From Myxococcota bacterium (lineage in GTDB: Bacteria > Myxococcota_A > Polyangia > Nannocystales > Nannocystaceae), in the NCBI GenBank assembly GCA_039028615.1, contig JBCCHT010000002.1, positions 384,001 through 448,000 on the forward strand: a stretch of DNA of 64,000 nucleotides, in the 5' to 3' direction. Every line of letters starts with the position of its first letter. The first letter of the stretch is position 1. Positions 21,549 through 31,015 of this stretch are shown one piece after another. The notes below the pieces were generated by a model. It was given only the letters and a program-made list of their open reading frames with translations. It was not told where the DNA came from and did not search any database. Position numbers and translations under genes: made by a program.

Positions 21549-22858
21549 CCTCGGTGAAATCCCTGGTGGCCGGCTGCGGCCTCGTGCTGCTCGGCTCCTG
21601 CACTCCGCGGGGCACGGTCCACTACGACCGCACCAAGCTGGCCGAGAGCCTCGCCAACGAGCAGAGCGACTCGGGCCTCGTCGTCGGCGAGTTCGTGCTC
21701 GCCAGCCCCGCGGTGGTCGATGGCGACACGATCAAGGTGGTCGGCATCGAGGGCACCCTGCGCCTGCTCGGCATCGACACCGAAGAGACCTTCAAGAGCG
21801 ACAAGGACCGCCGCGCCTACGACGACGGCTTCGAGCAGTACCTCGCCAAGAAGCAAGAGGGCCACGACCGACCCATCAAGGCGGCAACGCCCCTGGGCAT
21901 GGACGCCAAACACTGGGCCGAGGAGTTCTTCGAGGGCATCCGCACCGTTCGGCTCGAGCGCGACCATCCCAAGGAGCTGCGCGGTCGCTACGGACGCCTG
22001 CTGACCTACGTCATGGTCGAGAAGGACGGCGAGTGGCTCAACTACAACGTCGAGTCCGTGCGCGCGGGGATGAGCCCCTACTTCTCGAAGTACGGCTACT
22101 CGCGACGCTTCCACGACGAGTTCGTGCAGGCCCAAGAAGAAGCCCGCGCCGCCAAGCGAGGCATCTGGGACCCCGCGCTCGAGCACTACCCCGACTATGA
22201 CCTGCGGCTGCGCTGGTGGGACGCCCGCGCCGAGGTCATCGCCCAATTCGAAGAGCAGGGCCAAGGCCGCGAGGACTGGGTCGTGCTGACCAACTGGGAT
22301 TCCCTCGATCGGCTCGCCGGGCTCGAGGGGCGCGAGGTCACCGTGCTCGCCACCGTGGGCGACATCTACCCCTCCAAGGGCAAGGGCCCCGCCCGGGTGA
22401 TGCTCTCGCGTCGCATGTTCAGCGATTTCCCGCTGATCTTCTTCGACGACGAGGTGCTCGAGACCTGCGGCGTCGACAAGGCCCGCGGCGAGTTCGTGCA
22501 GGTGCGCGGCACCGTGAGCCGCTACGAGTTCCGCTCCAAGCGCAAGCGCGCCCGTAAGAAGGACGCGAACGAGCAGCCGCCCTCGCAGCTCCAGATGCAG
22601 ATCCGCCGACCGGAGCAGATCGCATTCATCGACACGCGGCCGGCCCAGATCGCGGGGGGGTATGCCCCGCGGATGCCGGAGCCCGCGCCCGAGCCGGTGG
22701 TCGACGACGCGCCCCCGCCCGTGCCCGATCCGACCCAAGCCGCCCCCACGGGCGCCGAGCCTCCGCCGCCTCCGCCCGTCGAGCCCGACTCGAGCGTGCA
22801 GCAAGCCCCCGTCGGCGACGACTCGCCCGAACAATCTCCGCCCGCAGTGGCCCCCTAG
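21539..22858 (+). CDS. Thermonuclease (SNase/NucH-like) lipoprotein with extra OB-fold-like domain and Pro-rich tail
   Basis: Lipobox LLGSC; VVDGDTI, LRLLGIDTEE, RYGRLLTYV, ARAAKRGIW; start overlaps the upstream stop. Confidence 0.9.
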   Translation: MSLTSVKSLVAGCGLVLLGSCTPRGTVHYDRTKLAESLANEQSDSGLVVGEFVLASPAVVDGDTIKVVGIEGTLRLLGIDTEETFKSDKDRRAYDDGFEQYLAKKQEGHDRPIKAATPLGMDAKHWAEEFFEGIRTVRLERDHPKELRGRYGRLLTYVMVEKDGEWLNYNVESVRAGMSPYFSKYGYSRRFHDEFVQAQEEARAAKRGIWDPALEHYPDYDLRLRWWDARAEVIAQFEEQGQGREDWVVLTNWDSLDRLAGLEGREVTVLATVGDIYPSKGKGPARVMLSRRMFSDFPLIFFDDEVLETCGVDKARGEFVQVRGTVSRYEFRSKRKRARKKDANEQPPSQLQMQIRRPEQIAFIDTRPAQIAGGYAPRMPEPAPEPVVDDAPPPVPDPTQAAPTGAEPPPPPPVEPDSSVQQAPVGDDSPEQSPPAVAP

Positions 22859-22889
22859 GTCCGTCACCCCCGAGACACACGAGGACACG

Positions 22890-25706
22890 ATGTCGAAACA
22901 TCCCATTGTTCGAGCCCTGCCCTGGGCGCTGGTCATGGGCTCCGCTTTGCCCGCGTGTGGCGGCGACGACCTCGCCCGCCCGCCGGGGGCCTGCGAGTCC
23001 GGACTGCTCGTCGGCGACCTCGTGATCACCGAGATCATGGCCGACCCCCCGGGCGCCGACTCCGGCCGGGAGTGGTTCGAGATCTACAACGCCAGCGCCA
23101 CCGAGTTCGACCTGCGCGGGCTGGTGTTGCTGCACAGCCGCGAGGACTCGACCGACGCCAACGTGCACGAGATCGGCCGCAGCCTGACGCTGGGGCCCGA
23201 CGACTACGCGGTGGTCGGCGGCCTGCTCGACGACGAAGACGTGCTCGCCGTCGTGCCCTACATCGACTACGGCTACGGGGGCGACCTCGGCGACATGCGC
23301 AACAGCGCGGGGCGCTTGGTCGTGGCCTGCGGGGACGAGATCATCGACGAGGCCCTCTACAACGACCCCACCCCGAATCACTCGCGCAGCTTCACGGGGG
23401 ACCGCGCCCCCGATGCCAACGCCAACGACGACCTGAGCTTGTGGTGCGACTCGAGCTCGGAGATCGACGCCGAGGGCTTCGGCACCCCCGGGGCCTCCAA
23501 CGACATCTGCGTGGGCACGGGCGGGCCCGTCTCCTGCATCGACAACGGCGTGCTGCGAGAGGCCCGAGCCCCCGAGGCGGGCGACCTGGTCATCACCGAG
23601 GTGCTCTCCGACCCGGCCGCCGCCGAGGACGACAGCGCCGAATGGTTCGAGGTGCGGGTCAACGCCGACATCGACCTCAACGGCCTGGCCATCGGCAAGC
23701 AGTCGAGCTTCGAAGACGCCGAGCCCGTGACCGGCAACGACTGCGTCCCGGCCTTGGCCGGCACCCGCCTGGTGTTTGCACGCAGCGCCGACTCCGAGCT
23801 CAACGGCGGGCTCCCCAACGTCGACATCGAGTTCGGCTTCTCGCTCAATCAGTCCGACAACCAGGTCGTGCTCAGCTACGGCAACCTGCTGGTCGACACC
23901 TTCCCCTACGGGAGCTCGTCGCCCGGGGTGGCCCACAACCTCGATCCCGACTTCGAGAATACCGACGACAACGACGACGAGCGCTACCACTGCGACGCGA
24001 CGTCGACCTACGGAGCCGGCGATTTCGGCACGCCCGGGGCGCCCAATACCGAGTGCGAGATTCCACCGCCCGAGGGCCAGTGCCTCGACGGGGAGTCCTT
24101 CCGCGACATCGTCCGGCCGCAGCCGGGTGACCTGCTGGTCACCGAGATCATGGCCAACCCCGAGGCGGCCGGCGAAGAGAGCGAGAGCGAGTGGTTCGAG
24201 CTGCGCGCCACCGCCGACTTCGACCTCAACGGGCTCGAGCTCGGCACCGAGGAGGGCAAGCCCCGCGACGTCGTCGAGGCCACCGAGTGCCTGAGCATGG
24301 GCGCGGGGGACCACGTGGTGGTCGCTCGCGAGACGGACCCCGCCATCAACGGTGGGCTCCCGGTCGTCGACGCCACCTTCGGCTTCGCGCTGACCAACTC
24401 CAACGGTGCGCTGTGGATCGGAAGCGGCGGCACCACCCTCGACCTGGTGACCTGGGCCTCCGTGCCCGCAGGCGCCTCCCGCAGCCTCGACGCCAGCATC
24501 ACCGATCCGGGCGCCAACGACCCGGACGAGGTCTGGTGTGAGGGCCTCGAGCCCTTCGGCGATGGCGACCTCGGCACGCCGGGCGCGGAGAACCCCGTGT
24601 GCGGCGGCATCCCGACCGGCACCTGCCTCGACGGCGGCCGCGAGCGCGACCTGGTCCGGCCCGCCGTGGGGGAGCTGGTCATCACCGAGCTGATGCCCAA
24701 CCCGGCCGCGGTCAACGACTCCGAGGGCGAGTGGTTCGAGCTGCTGGCCACGGCGAACGTCGACCTCAACGGGCTGCGCTTCGGGGACGACCCCGCCGAC
24801 GCACCCAGCCGCGACAACAGCCTGCCCGCCGGGGGCGACTGCATCAGCGTCAGCGCAGGTGAACGGGTCATCCTCGCGCGCAACGCCGACACCATGGCCA
24901 ACGGCGGCCTGCCCGAGGTCGTCGGCACCTTCAGCTTCGGCCTGGTCAACGGCGGCGGGGCCCTGTTCGTCGGCATGGGCGACGAGGTCATCGACGACAT
25001 CACCTGGACGGGCAGCGCGGCGGGAGTCGCCCTGACCCTCGACCCCATGGCCGAGGACGCGGTCTCCAACGACGACCCGGCCAACTTCTGCGCCGCCACC
25101 GAGCCCTACGGCGATGGTGACCTGGGCAGCCCGGGCGCGCAGGGAGCCGCCTGCGGCGGTGGGGGCGGAGGAGACGGCATGTGCGACGACGGGGGCATGC
25201 CCCGCGCCATCGTGGCCCCCACCGTGGGCGACCTGGTCATCACCGAGGTCATGCCCAACCCGAGCGCGGTCGCGGATTCCTCCGGCGAGTGGTTCGAGGT
25301 CCTGGTCACCGCCGACGTCGACCTCAACGGCCTCGAATTCGGCGACACCCCGGGCGCTCCCGATGGGACCCTCGCCTCGGGTGGAGCCTGCATCGCGGTG
25401 ACCACCGGCCAGCGCCTGGTGTTCGCACGCAATGCCGACGCCATGGCCAACGGGGGCCTGCCCGCGGTCGACCAGACCTTCAGCTTCGACCTCGTCAACG
25501 GCGGTGACGACCTCTTCGTCGGCGTCGACGGCATGGTGCTCGACCAGATCTCCTGGTCGAGCAGCAGCGCGGGCACCAGCATCTCGCTCGACCCCGCCGC
25601 CGAGGACGTCGTGGCCAACGACGATGCCGCCAACTTCTGCGCGGGCGTCGACCCCTACGGCGACGGAGACCTGGGCACCCCCGGTTCGGTCAACCCCGCG
25701 TGCTGA
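22890..25706 (+). CDS. Large acidic surface lipoprotein with five tandem lamin-tail domains
   Basis: Lipobox ALPAC; five G(D/E)L(V/L)(I/V)TE..(D/N)P...EWFE...G(T/S)PG repeats joined by Cys-containing linkers; gagga Shine-Dalgarno before ATG 22890. Confidence 0.88.
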   Translation: MSKHPIVRALPWALVMGSALPACGGDDLARPPGACESGLLVGDLVITEIMADPPGADSGREWFEIYNASATEFDLRGLVLLHSREDSTDANVHEIGRSLTLGPDDYAVVGGLLDDEDVLAVVPYIDYGYGGDLGDMRNSAGRLVVACGDEIIDEALYNDPTPNHSRSFTGDRAPDANANDDLSLWCDSSSEIDAEGFGTPGASNDICVGTGGPVSCIDNGVLREARAPEAGDLVITEVLSDPAAAEDDSAEWFEVRVNADIDLNGLAIGKQSSFEDAEPVTGNDCVPALAGTRLVFARSADSELNGGLPNVDIEFGFSLNQSDNQVVLSYGNLLVDTFPYGSSSPGVAHNLDPDFENTDDNDDERYHCDATSTYGAGDFGTPGAPNTECEIPPPEGQCLDGESFRDIVRPQPGDLLVTEIMANPEAAGEESESEWFELRATADFDLNGLELGTEEGKPRDVVEATECLSMGAGDHVVVARETDPAINGGLPVVDATFGFALTNSNGALWIGSGGTTLDLVTWASVPAGASRSLDASITDPGANDPDEVWCEGLEPFGDGDLGTPGAENPVCGGIPTGTCLDGGRERDLVRPAVGELVITELMPNPAAVNDSEGEWFELLATANVDLNGLRFGDDPADAPSRDNSLPAGGDCISVSAGERVILARNADTMANGGLPEVVGTFSFGLVNGGGALFVGMGDEVIDDITWTGSAAGVALTLDPMAEDAVSNDDPANFCAATEPYGDGDLGSPGAQGAACGGGGGGDGMCDDGGMPRAIVAPTVGDLVITEVMPNPSAVADSSGEWFEVLVTADVDLNGLEFGDTPGAPDGTLASGGACIAVTTGQRLVFARNADAMANGGLPAVDQTFSFDLVNGGDDLFVGVDGMVLDQISWSSSSAGTSISLDPAAEDVVANDDAANFCAGVDPYGDGDLGTPGSVNPAC

Positions 25707-26194
25707 TGCGTTCACCGACCAAGATCATGGGGGCCGGCCTGGTGCTCGGGCTGGCCCTGGGAGTGGCCTGCAGTGACGGGCCCGAGTGTGGTCCCACCGA
25801 GGCCGTCGTGGCGCGGGTCATCGATGGCGACACCATCGAGCTCGAGTCCGGGGAGCGGGTGCGCTACCTGCTGGTCGACACGCCCGAGCTCAGCGGCGGG
25901 GGCGAGTGCTACGGGCTCGAGGCGGCCGAGTTCAACCGCTCCGCCGTCGAGGGCGAGACGGTCACGCTGTCGTACGACACCGAGTGCACCGACGGCTTCG
26001 ATCGCCTGCTCGCCTATGTGCAGCTGCCCAGCGGGCGCCTCGTCAACGAGGTCCTGCTCGAGCGCGGCCTGGCCTGCGTGCTGCACATTCCGCCCAACGG
26101 TGAAGATCGCGTCGATGAGTTTCGCGCCATCGAGGCTCAGGCCCGCGCGGGCCAGAACGGCCTGTGGGGCATGTGCACGGAGGCGCCGTGCTGA
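25706..26194 (+). CDS. Thermonuclease (SNase) family lipoprotein
   Basis: Lipobox GVAC; VIDGDTIEL, VRYLLVDTPE, FDRLLAYV, ARAGQNGLW; TGATG stop/start coupling. Confidence 0.92.
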   Translation: MRSPTKIMGAGLVLGLALGVACSDGPECGPTEAVVARVIDGDTIELESGERVRYLLVDTPELSGGGECYGLEAAEFNRSAVEGETVTLSYDTECTDGFDRLLAYVQLPSGRLVNEVLLERGLACVLHIPPNGEDRVDEFRAIEAQARAGQNGLWGMCTEAPC

Positions 26195-28458
26195 GCAGGC
26201 TCGGTCGAGGGCTCGCGCTGTCCGCCCTGCTGCTGGGCGCTGCGTGGCCCATGACCGCCCGCGCCGTCGAGTACGAGGTCTTCGTCGACGTCGATGACGA
26301 AGAGGACCTCAACGAGCTGCTGCTCACCGAGCAGGTAAGCGAGACCACCTACGAGACCCTCGTGGAGCTCATGCGTCGGGGCACCGACCTCAACCGAGCC
26401 TCCCGCGAAGACCTCTACGCGCTGCCCAACCTGACCTACGACGAGGTCGATGCGATCTTGGCGTATCGCGACGACGCGGGGCGCATCGCCGACCCGGCGG
26501 ACCTGGTGGTGGCCAACGTCATCAGCCGACGCAAGCTCGCCGCCATCGCCTCGTTCCTGCTCGTGCCCGATGCCAAGGGCTCACGCGGGGCCGTGCACGG
26601 CCTGGTCCGCTACCGGATGACCTACGTCGCCCAGGACCCGCGCGTGCCTCCCATGGCCCTGCAGGCGCGCGTGCGGGCGTTCGGCAACCTCACCGTGGGC
26701 GGGGCCGCCGTGCTCGAGCCCCAGCTGCTCGCGCCAGTGCGCTGGGACCCCAACCGCGCCGCCCTGGTGGCCGAGGGCGACCAGGTGCGCCCCCGGGTGC
26801 CCAAGCTCTTCGCCCAGTGGGAGACCGACCGCTGGGGCGTCATCGCGGGTACCTACCGCATCGGCTTCGGCCAGCGCCTCACCTTCGACAACAGCCGCCG
26901 CTACACGCCGAACGGCTTCTACCTCGACGACGCGCTCATCGCTCGCTACGACCTGACCCGCCTGTGTCGCGAGTCCGCGGGCGAGCTGCGGGTCTCCCCC
27001 TGCGACGACGACGATCGCCGCGTCGCCCCGTCGTTTCGCTTCAGCCCCGGCCTGACCGGTGTGGCGGGCGGAGCCAAGAAGCTGCCGCTGCCCGTGGGGT
27101 GGTTTCAGGCCTACGGGTTCTGGTCGATGCAGACGCACGACCTGTACCAGTACCGAATCTACGAGCGCGACCGGTGTGAAGACCCGCGCAGCGACGACGC
27201 CTCGTGCGAGTCGCCCGCGCTGTACAACCCCACCGAAGGCACGCTCGATCCCTCGAGTCGGCACGTGTTCCGCACGCTGCCCCGCACCGTCGACCTCATC
27301 ACGCAGGGTGCCAACCTCGGTTGGTACAACGACTCGCGAACCCACGTCGGCGTGACCGGCTACGGCACCATTCCCCGCTGGCGCATCGACGGCGCGGCTC
27401 TCGACTTCAAGCCGGCCGAGCGCTTCCCCCGGGGCGGTGCCTTCGGGGCGGTGGGGGCCGACTTTTCGTGGGGCTACCGCTGGGCCGACGTCTTCGGCGA
27501 GGTCTCGCGCAGCTTCGACGGCACCGATCCCTCGCAGGGCGGCGGGGGTGGCTTCGCCGGCATCCTGCGGCACACCGCCTCGTGGAACGACCAGGAGCTC
27601 GAGGTCAGCGCGCGCTACTACGACTCGCGCTACTCCAACCCCTACTCCCGTCCCATCTCCGCGCGCGACCGCTTCGAGGGCAACCAGGCCCGCGACGAGG
27701 CGGGCGGGCGGGTCCGCTACACCGCCCTGCTCGCGCAGAAGGTCAGCCTGCGGACCTTCGCCGACTTCTGGGTGCGTCCCTCCACCCTCGAGCCGCGCAC
27801 TCGCGTCTACGCCCGCGCCGACGTCGATGCCACCAAGTGGTGGCGTCCCGGCCTGTGGCTCGAGTACCAGAACAACGACCTGGGGCGCCCCAACTTCACC
27901 GATTGCCGCGACGTCTCCATCGAGGCCGGTGACGTGCTGGGGCTGCCCGACGAGGCGATCATCTGCGGAGGCCAGCGCGTGCAGCTGACCGCGCGCTCGC
28001 GCTTCGCCCCCATCCGTCGGCTGTACTTCACGCTCCAGTATCGCCACGAGTTCCAGAACTCGCTGTTCGCCGACACCCAGTTCTCCCGTTCGGGCGCCAC
28101 CGACGACGACATCGACTTCGAGACCTTCGACATCTTCGACGAGGCCGACCTGGCGCGGCTGCAGGCCAATAACCGCCTGCGCCAGGACACCAACGCCTTC
28201 GTCCAGGTCGTCGCCAAGCCCATCGATCCGCTCCGCCTGCGGGCGCGGGTGCGGTGGTTTTGGGAGGACATCACCGACAACTCGCGCCTCGAGCACTCGG
28301 TGTGGACCTACTTCGAGGCGCAGTACAAGATTCGCCCCTGGGCGGTGCCGATGATCCGGTACAGCATCTTCGCCTACGTCGATCGCCGCGACAGCACCGC
28401 CACCCGCTCGCCGAACCCCGAACACTGGATCGCGCTGCAGTTCCAGTCGCGGTTCTGA
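26188..28458 (+). CDS. ComEA-like helix-hairpin-helix domain fused to a probable outer-membrane beta-barrel
   Basis: Signal peptide ending TARA; DLNRASREDLYALPNLTYDEVDAILAYRDDAG HhH; many amphipathic aromatic-rich strands; C-terminal HWIALQFQSRF with terminal Phe. Confidence 0.8.
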   Translation: MLSRLGRGLALSALLLGAAWPMTARAVEYEVFVDVDDEEDLNELLLTEQVSETTYETLVELMRRGTDLNRASREDLYALPNLTYDEVDAILAYRDDAGRIADPADLVVANVISRRKLAAIASFLLVPDAKGSRGAVHGLVRYRMTYVAQDPRVPPMALQARVRAFGNLTVGGAAVLEPQLLAPVRWDPNRAALVAEGDQVRPRVPKLFAQWETDRWGVIAGTYRIGFGQRLTFDNSRRYTPNGFYLDDALIARYDLTRLCRESAGELRVSPCDDDDRRVAPSFRFSPGLTGVAGGAKKLPLPVGWFQAYGFWSMQTHDLYQYRIYERDRCEDPRSDDASCESPALYNPTEGTLDPSSRHVFRTLPRTVDLITQGANLGWYNDSRTHVGVTGYGTIPRWRIDGAALDFKPAERFPRGGAFGAVGADFSWGYRWADVFGEVSRSFDGTDPSQGGGGGFAGILRHTASWNDQELEVSARYYDSRYSNPYSRPISARDRFEGNQARDEAGGRVRYTALLAQKVSLRTFADFWVRPSTLEPRTRVYARADVDATKWWRPGLWLEYQNNDLGRPNFTDCRDVSIEAGDVLGLPDEAIICGGQRVQLTARSRFAPIRRLYFTLQYRHEFQNSLFADTQFSRSGATDDDIDFETFDIFDEADLARLQANNRLRQDTNAFVQVVAKPIDPLRLRARVRWFWEDITDNSRLEHSVWTYFEAQYKIRPWAVPMIRYSIFAYVDRRDSTATRSPNPEHWIALQFQSRF

Positions 28459-28626
28459 GCCGGCCTGCGCCGCGAACGCCACGGTCTGCGGGCACCCACA
28501 ACGGTGTACGGGGCCTGGTGGAGCACCCGCCACGCCGTGGTCAATCGAAGGGGCGGTGGTACGTGGTTGGCAGTACGAGGGCCGCGCTGGGCACGAGCGC
28601 GGCTGCTACGATCCACCGGAGCCGAC

Positions 28627-29829
28627 ATGGGCGTGAACAAGGCAGCAGCACTCGGGGCAGGCATGGCGATGACGATGCTGGCGACCGGCTGCGTCGAGCG
28701 CCTCATCTACGACCACGTCTGCGGCAACGGCATCGTCACCCCGGGCGAGCTGTGCCTCGGCCTGGGGGATCGCCGCGAGGTGGTGGTCGACACCCTCGCG
28801 CCGCTGTCGTTGCGCACGGGCGACTTCAACGGGGACCTGAACGCCGACCTCATGGTCTTGGGCACCGAGCCCTCGGGCATCGTCGCGGCGCGGCTGTGGC
28901 TCGGTGACGGCGACGGTGGGCTCTCCCCTCCCCTCGACCCCGGCGTCGGGGGGTGCAGTGCTCATCCCGTGGCGGGCTCGCTCGGCGACGACACGGCCGA
29001 CGACCTGCTCGTCGATGACTGTGGGCCTTCGGTCTCGTTGTTTCGCGGCACCAGCAGCGGCACCTTCCAGTCCGCGCTGACGGTGGTCACCGGGGTCGCG
29101 ACCCACGGCTCCGGCATGATCGACCTCGACGACGATGGCCTGCACGACGTCGTCATCTTCGGCTCGCTGCCCGAGGACCAGGGCGGCCTCGCGCTGGCCG
29201 TGGCCCAGCAGACCTCGCCCGGCGTGTTCCGGCCCCCTTCGATCAGCAACGTCGAAGGCGGCCCGCTCGGCCTCGAGCCCAACGGATGGAGCATGCTCGA
29301 CTACGACGGCGACCCGCACCGCGACGTCATGCTCGTGCAGTCGGATCTCCCGGGGGGCATCGCCATCAGCCGGGGGCTGGACAACTTCAACTTCAGCGCG
29401 CCCGAGCCGGTGGGTCCGCCCGGGCTTCAGGTCAGCTGGGCCGCCGTGCGAGACCTCGATGGCGACGGCACCGAAGAGGTGCTCGCCGCCAGCTACGACG
29501 CCCAAGCGCTCATCGTGCTCGACTTCGACGACGGGCTGCTCGTGGAGCGACGCCGTAGCTCGATCCCTGGCCTGCAGCCCAGCCCCATCGCTCTCGACGA
29601 CGTCGACGGCAACGGCACGCTCGACCTCGTCCGCGTCGAATCGGGCGTGACCAACCTCGACGTCTGGCAGGGGCAGGAGGACGGGCGCTTCACCGGGCCC
29701 ACCTCGATCGATCTCGACGCCCCCATCGATCAGCTCGCCCTGACCGACCTCGACAACGACGGGGTGCTCGACATCGTGGCCGGGAGCTTCGGTGAGTCCC
29801 GGGTCCGGGTGCTGCTCAGCGATCCCTGA
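28627..29829 (+). CDS. FG-GAP/VCBS repeat (beta-propeller) lipoprotein
   Basis: Lipobox LATGC; repeated GDFNGDLNADL, DLDDDGLHDV, DLDGDGTEEV, DVDGNGTLDL, DLDNDGVLDI. Confidence 0.88.
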   Translation: MGVNKAAALGAGMAMTMLATGCVERLIYDHVCGNGIVTPGELCLGLGDRREVVVDTLAPLSLRTGDFNGDLNADLMVLGTEPSGIVAARLWLGDGDGGLSPPLDPGVGGCSAHPVAGSLGDDTADDLLVDDCGPSVSLFRGTSSGTFQSALTVVTGVATHGSGMIDLDDDGLHDVVIFGSLPEDQGGLALAVAQQTSPGVFRPPSISNVEGGPLGLEPNGWSMLDYDGDPHRDVMLVQSDLPGGIAISRGLDNFNFSAPEPVGPPGLQVSWAAVRDLDGDGTEEVLAASYDAQALIVLDFDDGLLVERRRSSIPGLQPSPIALDDVDGNGTLDLVRVESGVTNLDVWQGQEDGRFTGPTSIDLDAPIDQLALTDLDNDGVLDIVAGSFGESRVRVLLSDP

Positions 29830-29985
29830 GACGGCTGGAGCAAAGGCAACGTTCCTGCACCAGCGAGCGTGTTTTCGGTGAGGTCCACGGGGATGCGACG
29901 GCCGAACGGGCCCACTTTGGTGCGAGCGCGCGCCAATCGGTCACTCACCGGTTGCCGCGCCAACGCGGGGCAGTAGCATGGAGGC

Positions 29986-31008
29986 ATGAGTGGAGGGGCA
30001 CGGGCCTGGGTCGGAGCGACCATCGTGGCCCTGGGTCTCGGCATCGCGACGGGAGTCGGGTGCGGGCGCTCGCCCGTATGGCTGCCCTGCGATGGGCTTG
30101 AGACGGTCGAGAACGTGCCCGCGCTCAGCTGCGATCACCCCGCGTGTGCCTCGGCGACCTCGCTGTACCTCGATATCGGGGCCGATAACGTGCTCATCGT
30201 GCAGGACCGCTCGTGTTCGATGGCCGAGCTCATCGATGGGCGCAACAAGTGGTCCCGGGCCGTCGAGGCGCTGGTGGGCGTGCTGACCGACCCGCGCTCG
30301 ACCACCGTGCGATGGGGGCTCTCGCTGTTTCCCGACGGCAACAACGACGGGATCCAGGGACCCATCATCGTGCCGGTCGCGGCCGGCCAGAGCGGGACGA
30401 TCGCCGCCCTGCTGACCAACGCGCTGGACCGCAACGATCGAAACCACCCGCAGCAACCCGGCGAGGGCTGCTTCACCAACCTGGCGGACGCGCTCGATCA
30501 GGCGGCCGACCCCCGCGTCTTCTCCGGCCTCGACGGCAGCAGCCACCTGTTGCTGATCACCGATGGCTTCGCGCGACACGGCGGCGAGGTTGCCTCCAGC
30601 CTGGTGAGCATCCTGCAAGAACTCCACGATGAGGGCACCCCCACCTTCGTGGTGGGCTTCGGCGCGCGGGTCAGTACCAACACGCTCAATGCCCTCGCCC
30701 GCGCGGGTGGGGTGCCGGCCTCGGCCAGCACGGGCTACTACGACGCGGGCCTCGAGGACCTCAGCGGCGCCCTGCTCGAGGTCGTGCAGGGGCTCCGCTG
30801 CCGCCACCGCATCGACCTGCCGCCCGAGGACGTGTCCCGCCTGCTGGTGCGATGGGCCGACGACACCTTCATCCCCGCCGCCCCCAACGGGGGAGACGGG
30901 TGGCGCTACGACGTGGAGCTGGGCGCCCTGGTGTTCTCGGGCTGGGCCTGCGAGCAGCTGCTCGTCGGCGACGTCACGGGGATCGAGCTCGACCTCGACT
31001 GCGGCTAG
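29986..31008 (+). CDS. von Willebrand factor A domain lipoprotein (CglB-like myxobacterial vWA family)
   Basis: Lipobox GVGC; MIDAS DRSCS; LLITDG; TFVVGFG...LNALARAGG; Cys-containing C-terminal GWRYD...ACEQL module. Confidence 0.82.
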   Translation: MSGGARAWVGATIVALGLGIATGVGCGRSPVWLPCDGLETVENVPALSCDHPACASATSLYLDIGADNVLIVQDRSCSMAELIDGRNKWSRAVEALVGVLTDPRSTTVRWGLSLFPDGNNDGIQGPIIVPVAAGQSGTIAALLTNALDRNDRNHPQQPGEGCFTNLADALDQAADPRVFSGLDGSSHLLLITDGFARHGGEVASSLVSILQELHDEGTPTFVVGFGARVSTNTLNALARAGGVPASASTGYYDAGLEDLSGALLEVVQGLRCRHRIDLPPEDVSRLLVRWADDTFIPAAPNGGDGWRYDVELGALVFSGWACEQLLVGDVTGIELDLDCG

Positions 31009-31015
31009 CGACTCG

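Noticed and set aside
22626..25715. 1029-aa minus-strand ORF and many similar long antisense ORFs (e.g. 3442-6198, 9435-11384, 11101-12963, 26581-28533, 60379-62223)
   Set aside because: Shadow frames of real genes in high-GC DNA; no recognisable motifs, and the opposite or alternate frame carries clear family signatures
29915..29940. Sigma-54-like TGGCGCG...CGCA on the minus strand
   Set aside because: GG-to-GC spacing is off by one and no minus-strand gene follows
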